Part shown: piece after piece, positions 54,983 to 64,000 of the stretch
Layout: every line of letters starts with the position of its first letter
Numbering within the stretch: the first letter of the stretch is position 1
NCBI RefSeq assembly: GCF_009914755.1
Contig: NC_060943.1
DNA from: the human T2T-CHM13v2.0 reference genome, Homo sapiens
Direction: 5' to 3' (one strand)
DNA: 64,000 nt
Program-made: the position numbers and the translations under genes
Notes under the pieces: model-generated
What the model was told of the DNA's origin: nothing
The model's input: the letters and a program-made list of their open reading frames with translations, nothing else
Database searches by the model: none

Positions 54983-56759
54983 AAAAGTTATTCTTTTGTG
55001 TTCACCAACCTCGAGCTGAAATTGAGCATGTCCCTAATAGTATTATTAGTACCTGGGACCTTGTCATCAATATAAGCCATAGAGGCCTCCATTTCACAGC
55101 ACGGTTTTTGCAGATATCATGCTGTGTCATTTATACTGATCACAACGTTGGAATTATGATGCTTATCAGACCTGCTGCTATAATGTATTACTAGAAAAGC
55201 AAATCTGTTATTATATTACATTTTAATGTTAATAAGTATATTTCAATATAATTGATTTTGTTAATTCTGTGTATTTTACTACATGCATTTAAAAAATTGT
55301 TCAGAAACGGGGTCCACTGGCTTTGCCCAAAGGCATCTATGGTACAACAGAACTAAGGACCCCCAGCTAAAGCTCCCTGGAGGAGCTTGCAGTCTGGAGG
55401 AGAAGGCAATCTGGGGCCAGAATGAGCTGAACTATGAATGGGGCAGTGCCAGGGGCTCTGGAAGACCAAGGAGGCAATCCTTGCGCCACCTGGGATGGGT
55501 GTCAGTCATGTCCACAACGATGGTTAGAGGCATCTTCTCAGAGTGCATCCCACCCTGCCACCAGCCAAAGGCAGGCACAGCACAGGGAAGGCCACCAAGT
55601 CAGGCCCTGCCCAGCTGCTGTGACCTGGTCTGCTTCACCCCAGGAGGGGTGAGAGCAGCCTTCCCCAACCCTCTGCATCCCATCACCATGGAGACCAGGG
55701 CGCAGTCTAGCCAGAGGGAAGACAGTACTCTGTCCTTGTTATTTACTTACTCATATTCTCCCTCCTTCTCTTGTTCATTTACTCTCTCTCTCCTCTCTCA
55801 TTCCCACTTTCTCTCCTCTTTGATGTTTTTCTCTGCCTCTTTTCCCCCTCTCTCTTCCCCTCGCCAACTTCCTCTCATCTCTATTCACTTCTGTGTTTTT
55901 CCTCTGCATTTATTCCACAATCCTTCACTTCTAACCTGCCACAGAGCCCCGAAGCATGAGGAACTGGGTGGGAACCCACAAATCTGATAGTCAAGGCTTC
56001 CCTCTGCCCTATTTTTAAGGTGGGAAAACAGGCCCGGAGAGTGGAGAACCACACCCTGTCTCTAGATGTGCCTAGCACATCCTAGTCCTAGCCCTGTGCT
56101 TTGGCCCCTGTGCCTGGAGAGGGTCTCAGCATGGCACGGGCCTCAAAGGCAGAGCTGGAAGGGCCTTGGCTTGCCTCCTCCTGGCAGCCCTCAGCAGTGT
56201 CTATGGGGTGGGGGGGTAAGCACCCTCTTCCTCATGCAGAATCCCTGCCTTGCCCACAGTAGAGCTGGTTCCCAAGCAGAAGAGCAGCAAACTGAATCCA
56301 AAGGCAGGGACCTTTGGAAGGCATTCTCTCCTCAGTGGAAATGAGCCTCTCTCTCTGCTCCACCTGCCTCCCCAGCACCTGCCCTGGGAAATAGAACCCC
56401 ATCATCAGGGGAATGACAAAGAAGGAATGACGGGGTCCCTTGCCAACCTGCTGAGCTTGGCAAGGACCTCACAGCCTCTTCTTCCAGAAAAGACAATGAC
56501 AGCAGGGAGGGGGAATGAGGTGACACTAATTCCTGTGGAGCCTGCCTGGGATGGGGAGGGCCAGGGCTGGGGGGTGACTTCCCAGGGTGAAGCTGGTGCC
56601 CCCAGCCCGACCCTCCCTCCCTCCTCTGTGCTTCTGAAGCGTTTTGCGCACTGGCTCGTCAGCACTGCAGCACTATCTGGTAGCTGCCAATTTACTTTAT
56701 TATGACTTGTTGGAGCACGAGGCCTGGGAAAGCCCAGGCACTTGGTAAATTTCAGTTGA

Positions 56760-56772
56760 GGAAAGTGAAACT
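56760..56772 (+). promoter_or_regulatory. ISRE / IRF consensus motif
   Basis: GGAAAGTGAAACT matches GAAANNGAAACT; function untested. Confidence 0.4.
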
Positions 56773-57060
56773 CAGTGAGCTTTAACACAAATATAAATGA
56801 CTGTTGAAACATTTCTAAAGTTACAGAGTGAAGGGAGAAAGTGGCATAATTCATATCACACACCAAAGCATATGTCTAAACTGCTTTCTTTCCCTCCCAA
56901 GTCAGGAGAGGAGCAACGAAACGGGCAAATGGAATGTCAAAGTGTCTCCCCATTCGTGGCTGCCGGAAGGTGGCTGAGCATGATGGGCCAATCTTCATGA
57001 GATCACATAAGTGAGTCTCTGGCCAGGCCAGAGGGAAGTAACAGCCAAGAGCCCTGATGA

Positions 57061-57063
57061 ATT

Positions 57064-57095
<32 letters not shown>

Positions 57096-57188
57096 TATAT
57101 AAATATAAATATATATAAATATATATATAAATATATAAATATAAATATATATATATAAATATAAATATAAATATATATATATATATAT
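57061..57188. repeat. pure A/T repeat: poly(A) + (AT)n/(TATAAA)n
   Basis: ~128 bp with no G or C. Confidence 0.95.
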
Positions 57189-57714
57189 GAAGATTTGAAT
57201 GGGGGCCCAAAGAGAAGGGGCCCTAACATGGGAGAGTGGAGGAACAGTGGGAGGGTTGAGGGGCCACCAAGCAGGAGCACTGGGGCTGCACAAAGACCTC
57301 TTCCAGCACTCCTCATGATGGGATCCCCCTGTCTCTCCAAAGCCCTCAGAGAAAGCGTATTTTGGGGTGAGCCACTGTCCATGGGAAGCAGGCGAAAGCC
57401 CACAGAGTGCGTGTCTGAGCTGTGGCTGGAGTCAGAGGTGGGGCTGAGAGGATGCAGGGCAGGCACAGGAGGTGCTGGACAAGAATGTGTAAGTTATGAG
57501 TCAAAATGACTGGAACACTCTCCTGGCTCACTGCACCACCTCCTCCACTGCTCATGGGTTGAATGAGATGGGATCCCCCAGGAGAGGCCAGAGCCCCTGG
57601 GGCCCAGGTGCAGCTGAGGGGAAGGGGGCATCCAGCAGGCTTCCCTGACCAGCTGTCCATCTAGGCCCCTGGCCCTGCTGGCAGAGCTGGCTGCAGCCTG
57701 ATGCCAGACTGGGT

Positions 57715-58283
57715 GAGGACATTATGCTAAGTGAGGTAAGTCAGGCACAGGAAATACTGCATGATCTCATTGAGATGTGGAGTCGACTGAGGTGTGGAGT
57801 CTGAAAAAGAAGAAGAAGAAGAGGAGGAGGAGGAAGAAGAGGAGGAAGAAAAAAAGAAGAGGAAGAAGTAGTAGAAGAAGAAGAACAAGAAGGAGAAGGA
57901 GAGAAGAAGGAAGAAGGAAGAAACAAGAATGAAGGAAGAAGGAAGAAACAGAATAGAAGAAAAGTGGCTCCCAGGGGTAGGGAAGGCAAGGAAATGGTGG
58001 GGAGATGTAGGTTAAAGAGTGCAAACTTGCAGTTATGTAGGATGAATAAGTCTGGGGATCTAATGTACAGCAAGAGGACTACACTTACTAATATTGTAGA
58101 GTATATTGAAAATTTACTGAAAGAGTTGATTTTAGGTGCTGTTAGTGTGTACACACTCAAGGAAACTATAGAAGGAGATGGATATGTTAAATTGGTCATC
58201 TGTAAATAATCACTTCACTATAAATATGTATATCAAAACATCTTGTTGTGCATCTTAAATTTACACAATTGAAAAAAAAAAAA
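57715..58283 (+). mobile_element. L1MA-type 3' end with internal (GAA/GAG)n expansion (~57803-57962)
   Basis: GGACATTATGCTAAGTGA..GGATGAATAAGTCT..ATATCAAAACATC..poly(A); possible TSD TGCCAGAC. Confidence 0.85.
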
Positions 58284-58316
58284 GGCTGCCAGACCAAGAC
58301 TCAGGGCCACTGCATT

Positions 58317-58330
58317 CCACCAGGGGGTGC
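58317..58330 (+). promoter_or_regulatory. CTCF core motif
   Basis: CCACCAGGGGGTGC versus consensus CCACCAGGGGGCGC (one mismatch). Confidence 0.6.
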
Positions 58331-59606
58331 TGTTTGACATCTGCCAACACCTTTCACAGCCTCCTCCGCCAAATATTTCAGAAACCAATTTCCAATAAAG
58401 CAAACACCCTACTCACCTGGCTGCAGAGTTGGAAAATATCTTGTTTCGTTGCAAATGAGTTTTACCATCTCCTCAGAGCTCTGAACTTAGCCATCATGCA
58501 CAGTCTCTTAGTTGGGTCAGTGTCCCGGGATGGAATTTCCTGACCTTGTCACCGGTTCTTGGATCCACACCTTAGAGCAATTCATTACTGTTGGAACTGC
58601 CTGCATCTGGTTCTGGCCTCTCCTCTCAATTAAGGGAGAAACAAGACAGGAGGGAGGGCTGCAGGAAGCTGCTGTGCTGTGAGAAGCAGGTGCCCTTGGA
58701 TGGCTTCTGCAAACTCCCCAGGTCCCAGTTTTCTCATTGGTGAAGAAACCAGAATGGGCAGACCAATAGCCTTACAGGCTTGCTCAGTGGCTATCCTGAC
58801 AAAACAAAAGACCAAAACACAGGTTAGGAGGTGTTACCTAAAATGTACAGGAGGCCATTGATTTGGGCGGAGTTCCTGGCTGTGCATCTGGCCTGCGGTC
58901 ACCCAGTACTCCGGGCTCTGACACACAGGCGGCAGCTCCTCCCTATGAAAGTGCCACCCAGGTTGGACATGTTTTTAAAAGCTGATCGTTAATGAGCTGG
59001 AAAGGAAAGGAATAGAAGCCATTATGATCACTCTAAGAAAGCATCTCTGATTCATGGATCATTTACTATTGATTATTGAAACCAATGCCATCGTGCACGC
59101 CCTGTGGCTGGTTTTAAAACCTCTATATCGTGGAGTTTGGGATTTATTTGGAAGCACTATAATAAGCAGCACATGACAATTACTTCCCTCAGTATTCCCT
59201 GTAATCAAGATAAATTATCCTGCTATTGATGTAAATGGGATATGAAAATCTATAGAGTCCTCCTGAGGAGAATAAACCCTACATTATGCTCACCTCATTT
59301 AACAGCAAAACCATTTTGGGGTCAATCAAAAATACATTCCCCCAAACTTTTATTGCCATCCATCCTTAGTCACCTCCAGAAACAATTAGCAAACAATACC
59401 AGTGAGGAAGCACTCAGCCTAGGGGCGCCTGTACTGCTGTTATTATATTCGCCTTATAGAGCCTCCATGTCCACAGACCTAGGGCATCCTTTGACACTCA
59501 CAGGTGTCTTATCATAAATGTATTTACATAGGACACATATGTATTTAAAATTTGTTTTCCCCATTGCTAAACAACCTCTTATGAAAATTCAAAGTACGAT
59601 TAATTA

Positions 59607-59945
<339 letters not shown>

Positions 59946-60389
59946 TCAATTTGCATTACTTCTCCTTCTCTGATTTTTGCCTCTTCTTTTCCATCAAGTG
60001 CTTGCCTTTTGAGCCAGCTTTCTGTGGCTGCTTTTCTTCTGCCAGAAAAGGTGCTGCCCTGAGCAGCTCTGTACTCTCTCTGTCTTTCTTTGATTTTCTC
60101 TGTTTTTCCTGTCCCTGAAACCCCATACTTTATTCATTCAGTGGGGATGCCACAGCCTTCTTTCCTAGGAATTCCTTTCAGTGCAGAACGCTTCTGGCAG
60201 TCTCAACTTCTTTTACGCACCTAACCTCTCTTTCTGAATTTGTTATTTAATATATTGTCCTTTTATTCAGCATCTTTACTATAAAACCTTCTTCTTTATA
60301 GCAAGACAAGCATAAAATCCTCTCTAAGCCATGTCTTTTCAAGCTATTTTATCTCAGTCTTAATTCTCCTAATCTCACCTGTTTAAATG

Positions 60390-60463
60390 AGGAGAGAGAA
60401 AAAGGAAGAGAAGGAGGAGGAAGATGAAGAGAAGGAGGGGAGAAGGAGGGGAGGAGGAGAAAG
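60390..60463. repeat. GA-rich purine tract
   Basis: direct reading. Confidence 0.8.
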
Positions 60464-61699
60464 ACTCACAGTGACAATGATTTGACTATCACTGGATGTT
60501 AGGATTATGAGTGATTTATTTTACGGTCTTTATTTTTTCAGCATTTTACAGACTGTCTGCAATGAACATGTACACTTTATTCCAGTTGCCCTAAAAAGCT
60601 GAGCCTATGACAAAAGCTTACAGGCTAAAGCTTTGTTGGAGGTGCAATCCCAAAGAAAGAAGCAGGAATGAGGAAGAAAGAGGGGCAGAGAAAAAGCAAA
60701 AACAAATACTGAGCAGTGCAATTCCAAGCCGGTCACAGTCTCACAACAAAACATAGCTGACTGCTCAGTCACTTAGGACCTCACCAGAGAGGCCACAAGG
60801 AGCTGTGAGCCACAGTCAGCCAAGGAGGGTCAGGAGGCACTGGCTGTCTCAGCCTCTCCTGGGCAAAGTCTGCACTGACTCCCCACACTGGCAGACCACG
60901 TGGCTCCACAGGAAAAGCCGGGCTGCAGGGGACCTGACCCAGCCATGCCCAGGTGCACCGTTCCTCCTGTCACTTAGCACCGCACGTGGGGGCTCTTGGT
61001 CTGCAGAGCTGGTGGCAGCAGCGGAGGCAGTCAGGGCTCCTGGAACACAGACAGCTGAGCTATTGCTAGAGCTGCTCTGGCTGGAGGCAAGGCAAGTCTG
61101 CTGATCAAATGCTTTTATAGCTAAGAAAATAAGAATAGCTTGTTTTAAAATATTAGATTCCATTATAAAGTCTCGATCCTTTTAGCCTCAGCTTGCTCTA
61201 GGCTCATTCAAACCTTTTTATATCCCAGATCTACACTGGACACAGTCCTTTAAGACAGAGTCATAAACCACAAAGCCCACGGGGCCAGGCCAGGAACACG
61301 CACAGGAAAGTGAGCTGAGTGGAGGCTGCGGAAGTGCCGGCTGGGTGGAGGCGGAGCGCACACACCTCTAAGTCACGACTGCCTGGCTTCGGCCCACGGC
61401 TGTTACACCTTTTGACTTTGTTCCAAAATATTTTAAAATTGAAATTCACGACTTCTCTAAACGTGAGAAATCTCATTTTTCACTGTTGACAAGTGGACTT
61501 TTTTTCCCCAATATTTTGAGCTAAACAAAACATGTCAGCTCTCCACAGACAGTTTTTATTTGTCCACAAGCTTGTGACGTCTGCTAATAAAAAGACTATG
61601 GAAAACACTTCATTTTCCCAACCTCTGCATTGCCTCACATGATAGCTCATGTTTTCATGAAGGTTCCATGTGTAAGACACTGAGTGTTACACATGGAGT

Positions 61700-62060
61700 T
61701 CCTCATGTCGTTTTGGAGCAGCACTGTTACATAGGTAATATTATTAGTCCCATTTTATAGATGAGAAAACTGAGCCTCTGGAAGCTTAAGCATCTTGCTC
61801 AAGATCATTCGGATGGTGCATCGCTGGTGTGGACTTTGCACACCTTCAGGGGCCAGGCCTCCGTTGACTTTTCCACTGAAGATGTGCCCACACGTGTTAA
61901 CCTCTCTGAAACTCACAACCCTGTCTAATTGCAGGCTGCTTGGCTATCACTATTCCGCCGATAAGGAACTTGAGACTCAGGGATGTAAAGTGACCCTCCA
62001 GAGGTTCCAAGTGTAAGAGGGGAGGCAGAATTCAAAGGCAGGCATGTGTGACTCCAGGCC
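61700..62060 (-). mobile_element. two MIR fragments
   Basis: CCCATTTTATAGATGAGAAAACTGAG; GATAAGGAACTTGAGACTCAG. Confidence 0.7.
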
Positions 62061-62441
62061 CAGGAAGCCCCAGCCTGGGGATCCCCAGCCTGCTGAATTC
62101 ACAGAGCTTCAGAGCGGTCCTGGGTGCTGGAGGCAGAACAGATGGAGATGGGCCCAGTACTCATGCTGGAGAAAGTCCTCTGGACACAACTTGCCAGTCT
62201 CATGCAGGTTTCCCTGGGGCACTCACTAAAAACAAGATTGGTTCTTCTGACATACCCTGAAGGTAGCCACTGCCAGGCAGCCTTCCCCAACTTATTTCCC
62301 CAGTGGCTTCATTTCCCAGCTTCCACACCCACCACTAACAGCCTTCCCCTCTGAGAACTAGACTCACTGAAAGCGCGGACTGCGTTTTAAGTGGCTGTGA
62401 CTCCCCAGGGCTCATTTTACCTAACAAAGGAAGAGATAATC

Positions 62442-63610
<1,169 letters not shown>

Positions 63611-64000
63611 TCAAACTCATCAATTAGTAACATTTCTTAGCTTTTAAAACCCTTTGAAAGGCTGATAAAAGCTGTTGGTTCTCCCCTCAAAATAAGCACT
63701 TATTAAACCCAGTGCTCCATCTGATTTCGGAGACGTCCTGTGCCGCCTGAAGCCCATCCCTGCACTGAGGTTGAGAACTCCTGATGCAGTCGTGGTCCTT
63801 CTTCATCGATAAGTCACTTCCGGCCCACAGGCTTGTCCTCAGATCACTCATGAGTTTCTGGCAGGCCAAGGATTCCTGCTTCCTAAAGTTTATTTAGAGT
63901 TCATGGTAGACACAGACTAAAAACCTACTCAAACTGGCCTCAGAAAAGGGGAAGGGAGACATAGTTTCAGTGTGGAATGATGGAAAAGCTCTGGAAGTGG

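Noticed and set aside
55283-55987. Longest ORF (234 aa)
   Set aside because: No recognisable domain; runs through a probable transposon remnant and a CT-rich low-complexity tract
56995-58199. Ile/Tyr-rich and Phe/Leu/Ser-rich ORFs
   Set aside because: Translations of AT and GAA simple repeats

Overview
Primate (human or close catarrhine relative) genomic DNA with no recognisable protein-coding exon or RNA gene. It is intergenic or deep intronic, and I cannot name the locus. A large share is interspersed repeat: about 19 Alus, several L1 pieces, MIR/L2, DNA-transposon fossils and many LTR elements. The LTR elements include a minus-strand HERV-H provirus (23562-27659), a complete non-autonomous MER51 provirus (36727-45455) with a nested MER61 LTR, and solo LTRs (MER51, MER67-like, MER34, MER21, MST, MLT1). 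The listed ORFs are repeat-derived (L1 ORF1, HERV-H gag/pro/pol, Alu) or look spurious. The most unusual structure is the HERV-H: it is bounded by a perfect 5-bp target-site duplication but has only one LTR. Its major splice donor appears mutated, most of pol is deleted, and its leader carries an expanded ~64-bp repeat. Also notable are an ancient L1M fragment inside a younger MER51 LTR, a near-consensus CTCF site, and several ETS/IRF/STAT motif clusters. Repeat family names come from my recall of consensus sequences and need RepeatMasker/Dfam confirmation. I found no firm evidence of a new biological system, only testable candidates.
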